From positions 38,998,001-39,062,000 of the forward strand of contig OZ024745.1 of the NCBI GenBank assembly GCA_964016885.1: 64,000 bases of DNA. Direction: 5' to 3'. The DNA is from Eledone cirrhosa. Taxonomy: Eukaryota. Under the pieces are notes generated by a model. The model did no database searches. It saw nothing but the letters and a program-made list of their open reading frames with translations, and had not been told where the DNA came from. The position numbers were made by a program, and so were the translations under genes. Shown piece after piece: positions 1 through 15,270 of this stretch. Each line of letters starts with the position of its first letter. Position 1 is the first letter of the stretch.

Positions 1-506
1 GAGTTACCATATTTTGTCAGAGCGCAACAGCATACCCCTTAAAATGCAACATATCAAGTTGGATAGTAAAGCATAATGTTATTTTCAATGTAAGCAATGC
101 GAAGTTGTATTAACTGCGACATGCAAGAATAGATACTGGATCTAGTAATCATAAAATAAAACGAAGCAAGCTTAACTATGAAATAATACCCGAATGTATG
201 TGATTTCTTTTATATTTCCATGGTTAAAAAAACTGCTATAGGGATGAAATATAAGGGAAGTCGATAAGATATTGGATTATTATATGCTATACTCAGTGAG
301 TACAAATCTGCTTCAAGCGCCATGGTGTGTTTATATAATATATTCTCCATTGCCTCAATACATTTATTTTTCGAGAATTCATATCAGATTTTCTGAGAAT
401 ACTAACATCACTCTATTGATCATGCTGAATGCATTATTATTGTTACAGCGAATATATGCTTAGAAGAAGCCTAGAACTTAAGCACATAAGTAGCTCAACA
501 TAGAAG

Positions 507-557
<51 letters not shown>

Positions 558-928
558 AAAGTTCTATTTAAAATTGTTGGGATACAACAAGTAAATATTT
601 TATAACTGATATAAAGCACTCGACAAGTTTTTGGAGTAGATATACAATATTAATAAATGGAAACTATATTTATAAAACCATATTTATTTCATTATACATA
701 TTTCAGGGATACCAAATTAAAATATGGTATGCCTTCATCAGACAAAATACAATATATAAACAGTTTTATAAATAATTTTGACATACCCTATTAAATGCAA
801 CCATTATTTTTGGAAGCTGTCTGGATAGTGAAATGTTTATATTATTTTATTAGTTATAGTGTTAAGCACAATTAGAAAAAGACGGAGAGAAAGAAAGAAA
901 AAAAGTAAGTAAAGACGAACTGGAAAAA

Positions 929-2700
929 ATGAATACAGAGGCATTTTGTATAATGCATGAATTAGACATTGAGAATAAAACACAACCCTTCATGCCTAGG
1001 AAACCTAAGATCAATATGAAAGATCACAAAAGAAACTTTGAAAATGATTTGCCAGTCAGATTGATTGCACCATCTAAATCTGACCTGGGAAAACTTAGCA
1101 AAAACATTCTAGACAGGGTAATACAACAAATTAAAAACTTACCTAATTTACCTTACTTAAAGTTATGGAAGGGGACTGGTGAGGTTATTGAGTGGTTTAA
1201 AGAAATGAAATATAACTATAATAATAAGTTTATTCAGCTGGATATTGCTAACTACTATTCATATATCACTCCTTATCTACTGAATAAGGCACTAAATTAC
1301 GCATTTAAACATACTCACCTAACTAGCAATGAAATGTACATTATATTATCGGCAAGGAAAACATTGATAGAATTTAATAACCAATTCTGGACTAGGGCAG
1401 ATAGAGATAATAATTTCGACATAACTATGGGATCATCAGACTCAGCTGAGGTAACGGACCTTGTGGGCCTATTTATAATTAATTCGCTACATAGAAAAAT
1501 ACCAGGTGTAACCGGAAGATTATATCGTGATGACATGCTTTTACTTATTGAAAATAATAGCTGTGAACTAAATAGAAAAAGAAAACAAATTATACAATTT
1601 TTTAATTACCTTAATCTAAAAATAGAAATAGAGAATAACCATAGAATAGTCAATTTTCTGGATGTAACACTAAATCTCAACACATGTCTTCATTATCCAT
1701 TTCACAAACTAAATGAGAACTTGAATTATGTCAATTTTAACACTAATCACCCCAGATCTGTTAAAAATACTATAGTGAACTCTGTTCAAGAACGAATTTC
1801 AAGTATTTCATCTAACATAAATGTTTTTGATGAAAAAGCGCAGTATTACAATGAAGCGTTAGGTAGAGCAGGATATAGAGATAAAATTAAATACATCGAT
1901 AATAATAATAAGCAAACTAACCAAAATAATAACAATTTCAATTACGGTAACAACTTTAACAATTATAATAGAAAACATTACAATAATTCCAAAAGCCGAA
2001 AAAGAAATAGAACTAGAAATATATTATGGTTTGCCCCCCCCCCCCCCTTCTCACTAAATATTAAAACCCATATTGCTAAACTATTCTTTAATGCTCTTGA
2101 CAAACGCTTCCCTAGAACACATAAATATTAGTCAAATTGTAATAGACACACTATAAAATTAACTTACTCGTCCAACAAAAATTTAGCACACAATATTAAT
2201 AGAATTAATAATAGGAATTTAAAACCTAACCAAAATACCAATAATAACCCAAACAATATTCAATTAAATAACTGTAACTGTAGAAATAAATCTAACTGTC
2301 CGTTAAATAACAACTGCTTAGCTAAAAATGTAGTGTACAATTGTAATGTTAAAACTAATTTAAATTCTTTCAACTATGTTGGTTCCACCTCGACAGAATT
2401 TAAACTTCGCTTCAATAATCATAAGAATTCTTTCACAGATCCAAACAAAAAATCTTCAACTTCGCTATCTAACCTACTCTGGCACCTTAAACGAGATCAT
2501 ATTAAATATTCGATGAATTGGAATATTATTTCACTGCTACTCCTTTTAATTCCTCTTCAGATAATTGTGATCTTTGTATAGAAGAAATATTCTTTATATT
2601 AAAGTCCAAAAATTCCCTTAATTTAAGGAGCAATGTATTCAGTTGCTGCAGACATAGATTGAACTCAACGTTTAAATATAAATATAAATTTAAAATGTAG
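929..2700 (+). pseudogene. PLE RT-GIY-YIG ORF, 5'-truncated and disrupted
   Basis: Motifs QLDIANYY, FDITMGSSDSAE, LYRDD, VNFLDVTL, CNCRNKSNCPLNNNC, VVY..YVGST..FKLRFNNH, CDLCIEE, SCCRH; in-frame TAG at 2129 and frameshift near 2530. Confidence 0.92.
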
Positions 2701-4160
2701 TATAATTAATTAAGAAATTTAGTTAATATATGAAAACCTGTCGATAAATCATTAGATTCCTTCACCTTTTTCATTTTAAACTTTCTTCCTAAATATAAAC
2801 AAGGATATAATAAATTACTCTAAAATGTATATGCTCCCAATGTATTAAATAAAATATACGTGAGATAAATTTCTATACTAAATATAAGGTTATCCGTAGA
2901 ATCACTGGGTCTTCTAAATCTTTTAAATTATTTTTATTTTTTTATTTGTTTTGACCCTGATAGCTTCTAATAACTTTCATAAGTCTACCCTTTCAATATC
3001 TTGTTTGAGATATAGGTAGGATACATTTCTATACTAAATATATAAAACATATTATTTTAACTTGAGATAATCTATTGTGTTTTAAAGATATTTAATGCTT
3101 TGATATTTCTATATTAATATATTGATATTTGATTATCTCTATACAAATGCCATATGTGTGTATTAACATGCATATAAAAGTGTTATAGGGTCTATTTGTG
3201 TGTCTGTATATATGTCTGTATATATACATGAGCGATGCTGGAGGACTCACGCAGATATTTATTGATACATATGTATGTGTATATATGTGTGTGTGTACAT
3301 GTGATGTATGTTGCAGATATGCATAATATTAAATTCATGAACGGTAATCGTATATATGAGGACATGAATATTAATCTTTTATTTATGTATATATACTGTG
3401 AACTTTTTATAACACAAGGAGTGTATAACAGTGATCAAGTGGAATCATTTGCGCTTTGTGTGTCTATATTATTGGCTTGAGTAGACATAATTTATATTTT
3501 CAGGACGTACATATGTGTGTATATATATATACATATTTGTATCCTGATTTTTATAAATAGGGTACTTTTTGAAAGATTTAACTCAGATTTTGGTATATTG
3601 ATTTCAAGTTTTTAAACTAAACATATGGTCATTATTGAACAATCTTATTTTCTCATATTATATATCTATGTCCCATTCATGAATATTGATATTTATATTT
3701 TTATTATTCATTTCATATAAATTGTTAACTCAACTTAATATGACATGACTTAAAGTTGTCACTATCTCCCCCTCTCTCTATTTAGTATTTTCTCTCTCTT
3801 GAAGTTTTCTATCTGTATGATGATTTATTATCTCTTTGTTGCTTTCCTTTGTTTTTCTTATTTCTTCCTTTTTTTCTTTCTTTTTTATTTCCTCTTATCT
3901 ATTTATCTCTTTCTTTTCTACATACATTTCTCTCTCTCTCCGATATTTCTCCAGGTTTTCTTTTTCTCTCTCTCCTTCTTTCTCTCTCCTTCTCCCTCTC
4001 CGTTTTTTTTTTCTTTCTTTCTCGCCGTCTTTTTCTAATTGTGCTTAACACTATAACTAATAAAATAATATAAACATTTCACTATCCAGACAGCTTCCGA
4101 AAATAATGGTCGCATTTAATAGGGTACGTCAAAATTATTTATAAAACTGTTTATATATTG

Positions 4161-4225
4161 TATTTTGTCTGATGAAGGCATACCATATTTTAATTTGGTA
4201 TCCCTGAAATATGTATAATGAAATA
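4161..4225 (+). ncRNA. Minimal type I hammerhead ribozyme in family A pLTR (antisense copy at ~684-750)
   Basis: CUGAUGA 4169-4175; stem II AGGcAUACCA/UGGUAUcCCU; GAAA 4206-4209; near-palindromic stem III AUAUGUAU; 8-bp stem I UAUUUUGU/AUGAAAUA. Confidence 0.8.
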
Positions 4226-4265
4226 AATATGGTTTTATAAATATAGTTTCCATTTATTAATATCG

Positions 4266-4296
<31 letters not shown>

Positions 4297-4987
4297 ATTC
4301 GAGAGGTAAAACTAATGTTAAATCACTTCGAAATATATTTCGTTTTAGAAAGTAACCCTATGGTGAAATACTATATCGTAAGTGCACAGTGCGTATAACA
4401 GGTGTTGTACTGTCGACTGATTATATGTATTATATGTAGCCCAAAATTCCCGATTTCGATTATTACTTTTTAAATCTTGAAAAGAAACGGAAAAGAAAAA
4501 CTTATGAGGTCTCTATGCAATGACATTTACACAGGATATCTTTAATCATCATTTTCAGACATTGAATGTATAAGCTAAATCTAATTGTATATGCATGTCT
4601 AAAGAACACTCCGAAGTTCAGTCAATCTCTTTTCAACAATATAAATACAATGTTCTTATAGATACCATGTGATATAATGTCTATCAAAGATATTTGATGG
4701 AAACATTTACTATTAAGACAAGGATACATTGCGTTGTAGCTACCGAGGGAGGCTGTCAACACAGATATGTCTTCATGAAGAAATGTGCTCTCCTTAGTCG
4801 GAAATTGAAAAGATATTATGATTTACACTCGTAGAGTAAACACTACATATCTTTGGTCCAAACACCATCTCAGAAAAAAGAATATTCATCAATAAGAAAA
4901 TGCAATTTAATTGAGACGAAGAGATTTTCTGGCAAACAGAAAGTATATTTATGCATAATCATAAACATATATATATATATATATATA

Positions 4988-5203
4988 GTAATAATATTAA
5001 ATGTGAAGACTATAATCCAAAGAGGGCTCGATAAGGATAAATATATATCAAATATATAAGAACTGTAGAGCAAATATTTATTAAAATAACAGATTAAAGT
5101 TTAAGCAAAGAATCGCTGCTTTCACCCTTAACGGGTTTCACCCTTTCAGAAGATCCCGTTAAGGGTGAAAGCAGCGATTCTTTGCTTAAACTTTAATCTG
5201 TTA

Positions 5204-5211
<8 letters not shown>
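4988..5211. mobile_element. Palindromic non-coding PLE derivative, family C
   Basis: Arms 5079-5135 and 5155-5211, ~90-nt tail on left only, (TA)n flanks; same ends as copies at 10380, 16347 and 58137. Confidence 0.8.
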
Positions 5212-5260
<49 letters not shown>

Positions 5261-5265
<5 letters not shown>

Positions 5266-5476
5266 CGGAAGTTAGGTTTCATACAATACAGGTGAATTTG
5301 GAAATAGCACTGAAAATATATTTTAGGGTCTGTTTTTCTTCTTTTTCTTTCTTTGATTCGTCAAAGTGACATTATTGAAAATATGAGATTATTGAAATAA
5401 TGAGAGTCCCTAAAATATATCTAAAATATATTTTCCGTGCTATTTCCAACTGACTCTATTCCGTGCTATTTCACCT
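5261..5476. repeat. Short inverted-repeat element between microsatellites, probably PLE-derived
   Basis: TTGGAAATAGCACTGAAAATATATTTTAG (5298-5326) vs CTAAAATATATTTTCCGTGCTATTTCCAA (5421-5449). Confidence 0.5.
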
Positions 5477-5680
5477 TCTGACTCTCTCTCTCTGTCTCTC
5501 TCGCTCTCTATCTCTGTCTCTCTCTCTCTCTATCTCTATCTCCCCCTCTCATCTCTCTCTCTCTCTCTCTCTCTCTCCCCCTCTCATCTTTCTATCTCCC
5601 CCTCTCATCTCTCTCTCTCCCCCTCTCTCTCCCCCTCTCTCTCCCCCTCTCATATCCCCCTCTCATCTCCCCCTCTCATA

Positions 5681-5813
<133 letters not shown>

Positions 5814-6095
5814 GATAACATATATGTGCTCCATTGGCTTCGCTTGGGTATCTAAGTAAACAGAAACATCCCAGAAAAACGATACAGTATAATGAAGATA
5901 TCTATGAGTTTAACGCTTGATATGGTAGGAAAAGTGTTTTAACGTGTTCTGCGTTCATCCTTCATTAGAATGGGAATGGGAAATACAATAAGATTCGGAA
6001 ATAAAAGAATAAATAGAAAGATAGATGGCAATCACATGAGGAAGCAAGGAAGATAAAACATGTTTTCAGAAAAAGCACGTGTTCCTCTGTTAGCC

Positions 6096-6204
<109 letters not shown>

Positions 6205-6582
6205 TGATAAGTCACAAAAGAAAGAGAACATTTGAAAAGAAGAGGACATGGTATATGCATAAACGTAAAACATGCTTGAAAAAAGAACACATATATGACG
6301 TATAAAAAGAGAGGTAAATTGTCCAGTCTTTTGCGTTGAATCCTTTGTTGAATTAGAATAAGTAAAGAAAGGAATATGTGGGAATAATAACTGTTTTAAA
6401 ACGATAACCGTGATCATGTTACAGTTATCCCTCCAGCAGATGTTTATATTCAATATATATATAAGCTATCAAATATTCTTGTCTCAGTATCGAGACTTTT
6501 GCATGTTTACAAATACATAATCATGGTACGGTGCATATGCTTTCATGCACACCTCTAACACACACATACACACAAACTCACA

Positions 6583-6665
<83 letters not shown>

Positions 6666-7425
6666 CGGGTAAGTATCAGTAACAATATGAAATATGTGAC
6701 AGAACGACATATATGCATAGTTCTTTCGAATTATAAATAAAGGAATTGTATTTTCATTCTAGCAAACAACATTGAGCCATAGCATACACATACGAATTTA
6801 TGAAAAAAGTTGTTCACATAATAATCGTCACTATAAACCAGTATTGCGAATAGAAAGATCAAGAAAAGATCGATTATTTGAGATCACGTTAGTTATCTTG
6901 TTTATACATAAGTAACTTATACAACAAAAACGTATGACACACAAACGGCAAAACAACTATGAAAGAACCTACAAGTACCTGAGATATTTTTTTAATCCTT
7001 TTGTCTGCCACATAGTAGTCTGTGTATAACATCTTTATACAATTTAAAGCGTTGATAGGATGACGGATTTAACAACAACGAAAAAAAGACAAAAACTAAA
7101 TCGAAAACAATCATTTTAATCCATGTTGTTTTTGTCATTTTGAGTATGACTATAAACAGCTTTCCACTTTTACACGCGCACATACACACATACATAAACA
7201 TATATAATATATATATAAGTCTTTCTCAGTCATCGAAACTTGATCTTATATTTCAACACTGGTACTTATTCGATCGATCTGTTTTCAACGAATACCTAAG
7301 CTATGGACTACAAGCAGACAGTAATAATGAAGAGTTTTATACGCACACAAATATATAAATACTTGTACATGTGTGTTTTTGTAAGTGAAAGAGATGTTTC
7401 TCTCTCTCTATCTATTCTGAATTTA

Positions 7426-7460
<35 letters not shown>

Positions 7461-7479
7461 GAGAGAGAGAGAGAGAGAT

Positions 7480-7561
<82 letters not shown>

Positions 7562-8928
7562 AGAGAGAGAGATGGGGAGGCGGAGAGACAGAGGATTTGG
7601 GAATTTGTAAATTAGAAGCAATAATGTTGGTTCACTATCTAAAATAGTATGTCGCGTATCTAAAGAATGGACACGGTTGAACACTAACACAATGCGAAGA
7701 GATAATTCCATTTTTTTCCTTCCTCAGTGTGCAATATGAAGCATTAAGGTGTTATAAGACTTGTAATTCTAGTTTACGCTGCAAGGAAATTTACAGATAC
7801 AATTAGTCATTCATGAAAAGTATGGTTGTGTGACGGTATTTAAAATTAAATTGTTTCTAGTGACGCATTTGTGTGTTAGTCACATGTAATGTCCCGACTC
7901 GCAGCGTCATAATTTTGACAAGAATTGAATTATGATCTTTTCATCCAGTGTTAGATAATATGCTGTCAAACGAACTTTAACTCAATTGGTAGTGAATTCT
8001 GCCAGTATTTGAGAGATATGAGCTTCGACTTTTCACAACAGCCACTTGAAATTGCTTTCTTCCTCTATAAGGCTTTAACTGTTTTCACAGTTTCCTTTCC
8101 TCACCCGAGCATACTACATTATGTGTGAATTTCCTATTCACTAAGCGAATCGTATGTTTTAAAGTTTGAGATGTGCAGACTATATATATTTACATGTGCG
8201 TATCCTATTCAGAGACGTTATGGCCTGGGGGTAGCGTTGTAACGTGCTTGGCCTTCAAGCTCTCCACGTTTACAGCATGTTGAAATTTGATTTTCACAGC
8301 TTTTCTCCTTGACGAAAAAAGGGTGGCATAACAGCAAATGTTGTTTTAGTAGCTGAGAATACTCAGCAGCGGATTCCTTGGTTCAAATGACGTCTTCGTT
8401 ACCAGCAAGTGTATGTGTGATGCGCTTTTCGAAGAGGTGTAGAATAAAACCTGAGAGTAAAATTGGACCTACTGTCAACACTTCGAGTCCTTATGTGCAA
8501 AGGTGTCCATGGGGAACAAATTTCGATGCACATCTGTAGCCTCATCAAGGAATACTACCTTAAGCACATTTGCCCCAGCCCTGGTCTAGAGGGCTGCAGA
8601 GTACACCTCCCCTGTATGTTGCAGGAGTTCATAAATTAAGTAGCTAGATACAGCCCTGAATTACACATTTAAGCCCATCAATTGTCTCCAAATATTTCAT
8701 CTTTATTTTCACTGGCACATAATATTTCTCGACCGAAATTACGTATAAGATTCTTCTTTTTTTTTTTTTAATACAAAACAAGTAGAGGGAACTTATAAGG
8801 ATGGAGGAAATTTCAACTCCCACCGTATACATTTTGATATCTAGTGCAGTGTATGCATTAAACATTGGTGAGTGTGAAATTGTGTGAAAGCTATCTCTCA
8901 CTCACCCCTCCCATATATATACATATAT

Positions 8929-9261
8929 TAGAAAGTGAGGTCTTTTTACAAAATGAAAAACAAACGAGGTGTACTACACAAATGAAAGTATAAGGAAAAA
9001 AGATGAAATCGAAAATTCAACTGGAGTCTTTTTTTTAAAAATACATTTATTTGGTTCCTTTACCGGTGTCGCAGTTCTTCTGCTTTTCAAAAGTAGAATT
9101 GAGATGGAGGGTTTGTGGTTTTTCTCATATACATGAGAAAAACAACCAGCCCTCCTTATTAATTCTGCATTGATATGGAGGGCTGATAAAGGGAACCAAA
9201 TAAATGTATATTTTAAAAAAAAAGACATCAGTTGCATTTTCGATTTCATCTTTTTTCCCTA
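8929..9261. mobile_element. Palindromic element in (TA)n, family H
   Basis: Arms ~8990-9060 and ~9190-9261 with left-only extension; second copy at 51265. Confidence 0.7.
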
Positions 9262-9285
9262 TATATATATATATATATATATATA

Positions 9286-9455
9286 GACCACAAAAGAAAC
9301 GGAGAATCAGTGGTGCGAAGAATAGGATTTATTAGACATATTACAATCGTTTCTCTGGCGGCCAGTTCGAGGCAGGATCGATGCAATGATCAGAACCTGA
9401 CTCTGAAATCGCAAGATCCTCATTATATATCGATTCTACGAAGCAGATTCTCCAT
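9286..9455. repeat. Diverged palindromic element in (TA)n
   Basis: GGAGAATC...AGAAT vs ATTCT...GATTCTCC arms, imperfect. Confidence 0.35.
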
Positions 9456-9463
9456 GTGTATAT

Positions 9464-9516
<53 letters not shown>

Positions 9517-9527
9517 TATATATATAT

Positions 9528-9613
<86 letters not shown>

Positions 9614-9837
9614 ATGAAGTAAACTTTATCAACATAAATCCGTGTTTTAGATTCTGAGTAGGTTTCTATAAAGGTGACAATGCTACTCTCTCTTTGACTA
9701 CTTCTCTCCTTCTCTCTATCTCTCTCTCTCTCTCTCTCTCTCACTATATATATATATATATATATATATACATGTGTGTGTGTGTGTGCGTGTGTGTGTA
9801 TGTGTGCCTGAGAGTCAGGTATTATATCATGTTATTG

Positions 9838-9940
9838 CAATAACTGTTTCTACTTTAGGCACAAGGTCAGCAATAACTGGTACTTTATTTTATCGACCCC
9901 GTAAGGAAGAACGGCAAAGGCAACCTCGGCGGGATCTGAA
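9838..9940 (-). mobile_element. Partial tRNA-derived SINE (family 1)
   Basis: Matches the 3' half of the SINE at 30579. Confidence 0.75.
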
Positions 9941-10197
9941 TCATGTTAATGAAATAACGACATGCGAAATCATTTTATATGGATATAAATTGTAAATTTT
10001 ACTATTGTCCACTACAGAAATATTGATCCTGCATAAAACCAATTCTCATTAAGATTGACGTTTACTTCCGGTAGGTTACTCATAAATATACCTAGTTCGC
10101 TGACATACAGAAACACTCTGTCCCCAGTTCACTCTCATATCCTCGCGCGTACAAACACACACAAACACACGTATATATATATATATATATATATATA

Positions 10198-10364
10198 GTA
10201 ATAATAATTGTTTCTACGTTAGGCACAAGGCCGGCAATTAACCAGTGCATTACTGGTACTTTATTTTATCGACCCTGTAAGGATGAAAGGCAAAGTTAAC
10301 CTTGGCGGGATTTGAACTCAGCATGGCGTCCGACCCTCTACCGATACTGCCAATCCACCGCCCC
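10198..10364 (-). mobile_element. tRNA-derived SINE (family 1), internally deleted
   Basis: B-box GAGTTCAAATCCC; conserved GCCTTTCATCCT..GGGTCGATAAAATAAAGTACCAG core; (ATT)n tail. Confidence 0.85.
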
Positions 10365-10379
10365 ATATATATATATATA

Positions 10380-10441
10380 GTAATAATAATTTAGGGTGAA
10401 AGCAGCGATTATTTGCTTAAACTTTAATCTGTTATTTTAAT
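10380..10441 (+). mobile_element. Minimal family C PLE derivative
   Basis: GTAATAATAA tail tip fused to AGGGTGAAAGCAGCGATT...TTTTAAT. Confidence 0.7.
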
Positions 10442-11076
10442 ATATATATATATCTAGGGGAAAAGACACGAGCGTTATCCACCGCTTTATGTGGAGGGAC
10501 GACCATGTTTGTTTCTGGCTATCTTAAAACTCTTCCTGTGGAAGTGCCTATCAAGTAAGCAATCCAACAACGAGGCGAACATGTAATCTCTGAACCACTG
10601 CCCATTCTAAATCACAAGCTATCACCTGTGAGTACACGTAATGTATAAGAGAGACTGAGATGAGTGTATCTGTAGCATAATTCGACATATGAAAATAGAA
10701 ATGATCCGCCACTGTCGATCCGCCGAAAACACATTATTGAATACGAAAATAAGGAGAATTAACCCCAAAATACAGCCACAGAGTATAACATATGCAACTT
10801 TGCGTATATCGGTATTTTGATGAAACGACTTGGACAGTCCACCATTAATAGACTAGAAAGGTATAATACCCAATGGCTAATTTGAATATTCACACAAACT
10901 ATATATAAATGAATAAGAATTAGATAAATAAATAAACTCAATAAACAACGTACACGGAAAGTCAGTATGTACAGGGGCGTATATAAGTGACGTAAACACT
11001 TTTGTCTTAATCTTCTAAAGATTCAGTCAAGCCAACGTCATTTGAGGTCGACTATCGTCTATATATATATGTATAT

Positions 11077-11241
11077 AACAGATGAGCTGTGGTAAGGAAC
11101 CAGATGGACCATAACGCACCAGAGTTCTCAATACTTAGGGTAGTAGAGTGGGTAATAGGAGAATGTATGACCCCGACGGCAGAGCTTAAGCCGTTTCGAC
11201 AGCTATTTCTGGACTCTGACGTCGGGGTCATACTTTCTCCT
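11077..11241. mobile_element. Palindromic PLE derivative, family D
   Basis: Tail-bearing left arm plus short inverted arm GTCGGGGTCATACTTTCTCCT; homologous to the pLTR of the PLE at 59415. Confidence 0.8.
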
Positions 11242-11252
11242 GAATATATATA

Positions 11253-11338
<86 letters not shown>

Positions 11339-14300
11339 TTGTAATAATCGAGCCATATTATATGAATGATTAATTAACATTCGGGTGTATTAATTGTTGT
11401 GGCTTAACAATATATGCAGATAGTTCCTCTGCCCTAGTTGTCGGGGAGAAACACGGCAGAGATGAAAATAAAACTGAAGAGGGAAAAAGAAATGATAACA
11501 TTACTAGTATAATAAATATGAATAATAGAAATATATGTTTATTGATTCGTATACAGTATTGATTCGTATACAGTATATTTCAAATATTAAATGTTAGATA
11601 TTATTAGAGAGTAACGTATATTTGACGTTTTTTGAAGCACCTGGTGATATTATGTTCGTAATGCAAATGCTACTTTTTGAAAATTACTATAGTTGTTTAT
11701 ATAAACATATATTGCCATAAACGTATATTGAATAAATATTTACATATATAATATACGTCCCACTTCAATAATGTCTTTTCTCCTGTGGGTTTTCAAATAT
11801 TCTCGGAATGAAGCACTTCAAATATCTTTCTAAAATTTCCATTAAAGCATTAAGCCTACTCATCATTGAAAATATAATAAGAATGTATACTATTTCATAC
11901 TTATTCGAATACAAGGGGAGCCCAAGGTGCCTGTAACTTCAGATCAGCAAGGGGAACAATGACTTACTGAATTATTAGAATTTCTTTGCATTCATCTATA
12001 CACCAAATTAAAGTAAGCTTTAGGAAGCCGCGGCATATATATATGGGACGGAGGGTGTGAGGGTGTGGGTGTGTGAATATATTTTTTATTCATGTTGTGT
12101 GCGTGCGTGAGTAAATAAAACATTTATAGATTTCTGTACTAGAATATGGATGCAATCTATGTAGATAGATTTATGAAACTGTTCAAATAAAAAGAGAAAA
12201 CAATATATCTACCTGTTCTTATTAATTTGATGATCAAAATATGATAGGTACAGTAGAAATATATCTATCGATCTATCAATCTATATATAACTCTAACCCC
12301 CCCCCCTCCTCCACTCTCTCTCTTTCTCTCACTCTCTCCCTCTCTATATATATATGTTTATGTATATATTTCTATAATATGTCGCGTCAGTGTATTTCGT
12401 CGTGTAGGTGTATAATGATATATATGTCAGAATATGAATATATATAATTATGTGTAAACAAACAACACGGATACAGTGCTAGAGAGTAAAAGGCAGGATG
12501 GAATTTAACTATTTAAGGTAGAAATTATGTCTAAAGTATTTATGAAATTTTAAATTATAAGATCTTTTTAAACTAGTTTCATTCCACTTGCTAACACATT
12601 AGAGCTGATACAACAGAAGCCATTCAGGCACCGCCTTCTCCAACACTCACGCCACTTTTTCCACACAACTCCACTATCATTTTGCCGTTCACAATAATTC
12701 TTATCCAAATGTCAGATAACATTTTATTTCTCAGTTACTAGATGTGATGTACTCTCGCACGTCAAGCGCAAACCGTCGGTTAACATTACATAGAGAGAAT
12801 GCTTGAATGAACGTCGCCATGTTAAGTTGTATTATTAATACTTACAGAAACAAATAAGACGTTGCAGCTTGTGTGCGTAATATCACTCTATCAAAGAAGC
12901 ATTGCAGTTGAGAATGAAGAATAATTTTATTCATAATTGACTACTTTCTGCAAGTAATGTCAAACAAATATAACCTAACATTTTCTAAGGGTGTGCAAGA
13001 TACAAACCCAATGTTAATATCATACACAATTACCCGACATCTACGAGAGGTGGGGTTCAATTTCTCGTAAGTTCCTCTACCCACTGTGTAACGTTTCCGT
13101 GGGTAGTATTCCAGTTCTCAACTATTATGTATTGAAATCGAATATAAGTGCAACAGGCATAAATCTTCAAAGAACGCAGAATTATTTACTAGATAGAATT
13201 CAGGGTACTGGTTATACTTTTACATTGGGTACCCATATGTTTCCCTCTTGATAGGTAATGTATTCGATGATCTCAACTATTGTGTCTAGTGGTCCTCATT
13301 TATTATAGTCAATATGCGTTGTGACGAAAACTCTTTTCACATTCAAATGCGATTTTGAAGTAAACCGGTTTTTAACACTCGAATTACAAGGTTAAAAATG
13401 TAGTAAAACATACTGGGTAATACACTCCCCGTGCATCAGTTACATGTGACGTACAATCATTCGCAGCCAATCTCACCCCAGTTTTTCAACCTCAAGATTT
13501 GTTTTGCCTAGTGTTCACAGCAATTATTTCTACTGACATGGCTTAAGAGTGTGTTTGCATAATTGCAAATGAATCGAACATTATTATTAATATTCGAAAA
13601 ACACATTTACATTTCTTGTATTCAGTGTATTCAGCCATTTAGAGCTATAACACTTTTTGTTATATATATATATATGTCCGGATCTCTGGACATAGACTAC
13701 ATTAGAAACAACACGCACATTTTTGAATGCAACTTTCATTTCTTTTGCCACTGTTAACTCGACAACAAATATATTTCTCTGAACATATAGCTCAGTTTAG
13801 AAAGTACGGAAAACATTAACTTTTGGCGTTCCTCCACCTAAGACGTTTTCAACGCCAACAAGAGCATCGGAAACAACAGTACTGCACAAGTTTAACGGCA
13901 TGGAAACAGGGAGAAATAACAAAAACAAAAATATCATAAAGTAAATATTATGGCTATGAATTCCGAAAAAACCTATTGCATATGAATTCCTAACTGTACA
14001 GTTCTTCTAATTTTTTTCTTCGGCTTCACGTGAATTTCATAATGTTTTGTGATTTAGACGATTTATTTTTTTCTGCACGACAATTTTCTGCATAAACAAT
14101 TTTCTAGTTTTATTTTTTCCCCTCATTGTTTTAACTATCTATTGTTGTATGTACAGTTTTAAAAATGTATACATAATCACATTGATTTCAAGATGTTACA
14201 CATATTTTCACACAACACATGTCCACAGATGTTACATGCGATAGTTTTATCTGGGGTTACGCAAAATATCCTATCCTCTCTCAACTAACTTCGAAGTAAT

Positions 14301-14774
14301 GGATAATTCTTGACTCACACAAACATCAAAACCCACGTTGACGCACATTACTTCATATATTACAGTGTTACACCATCCGGCCACAGAATAAATTTAATGT
14401 AAAACATTAACACTTGGTGTTTCAAAACTATGCAGAGCAAAGGTCACGCTCTTTTCAACTTGTAAAGACCTTGATCCCACAACGCAGTGATCTACATAAT
14501 CATGTTGGAACATAAAAACATTTAACATCACACAGAAGACAAATTTTATTTTACAAATATTTTGTTTTTCTATTAATACATATCATCCTAGGATTTGAAC
14601 GTCACTTCAAATCCCTATATGGAAATATATATGCTTTCATTATCTCTATTCAGCATTTTGTCAACATCAAATTTAACGTGTATGCAGTGCAACGTACATG
14701 CTAACTATTGGCATAAGCCCTATTCCAGCTATATATCTTTATATATATTTATATATGTATATATATATATATAT

Positions 14775-15180
14775 TTCGTTTCTGAATTTGTTTAGCAAGA
14801 TTCTTTATCTGAAAACGTGTGTTGAAACCGATATTGTTATACTTTGGGAGGGTCATGTTGCCAATAAGAAAGTCATGCACCAGTTGCTTTCACTTCAATT
14901 TATTATAAATTAAATTTATAAATTTAGGAATTTATATATTTCCGGTTGGTCGGTTGTTTGTGTGTGTGCTGTGTGCTTCACAATCATTGAAGAGGTCCCA
15001 GAATGTGTGATGAAAGAACTTTGACAATATATGAACATTCATCAGGTTGTGGAACCAACCGACAAACCGGAAATTTATGAATTCCTAAATTTCTGAATTT
15101 AATTCATAATAAATTGAAGTGGAAGCTAGGGTGCGTGTGTTTCTTATTAGCAACATGACCCTCCCAAAGTATAATAATAT
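14775..15180. mobile_element. Palindromic element in (TA)n, family G
   Basis: Arms ~14831-14956 and ~15056-15180, left-only tail; related ends at 26400 and 55676. Confidence 0.75.
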
Positions 15181-15270
15181 ACATATATATACTGTAAAAC
15201 TCATTATTTGTCATACTCATTGAATATTGTTTAACACTTTAATATATATATACGTATATATATATATATA

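Larger units (their letters stand above)
555..4266 (+). mobile_element. 5'-truncated Naiad-type Penelope-like retroelement (family A) with inverted 5' pLTR plus tail, inserted in (TA)n
   Basis: 641-905 is the reverse complement of ~4003-4268; 555-640 is an extra tail; (TA)n on both sides; RT/GIY-YIG coding region inside. Confidence 0.92.

Noticed and set aside
2120-2145. In-frame TAG in the family A ORF as programmed readthrough
   Set aside because: TATTAGTCAAATTGTAATAGA is better explained by compensating indels of YSQIVNR, matching YHQILNR in family B
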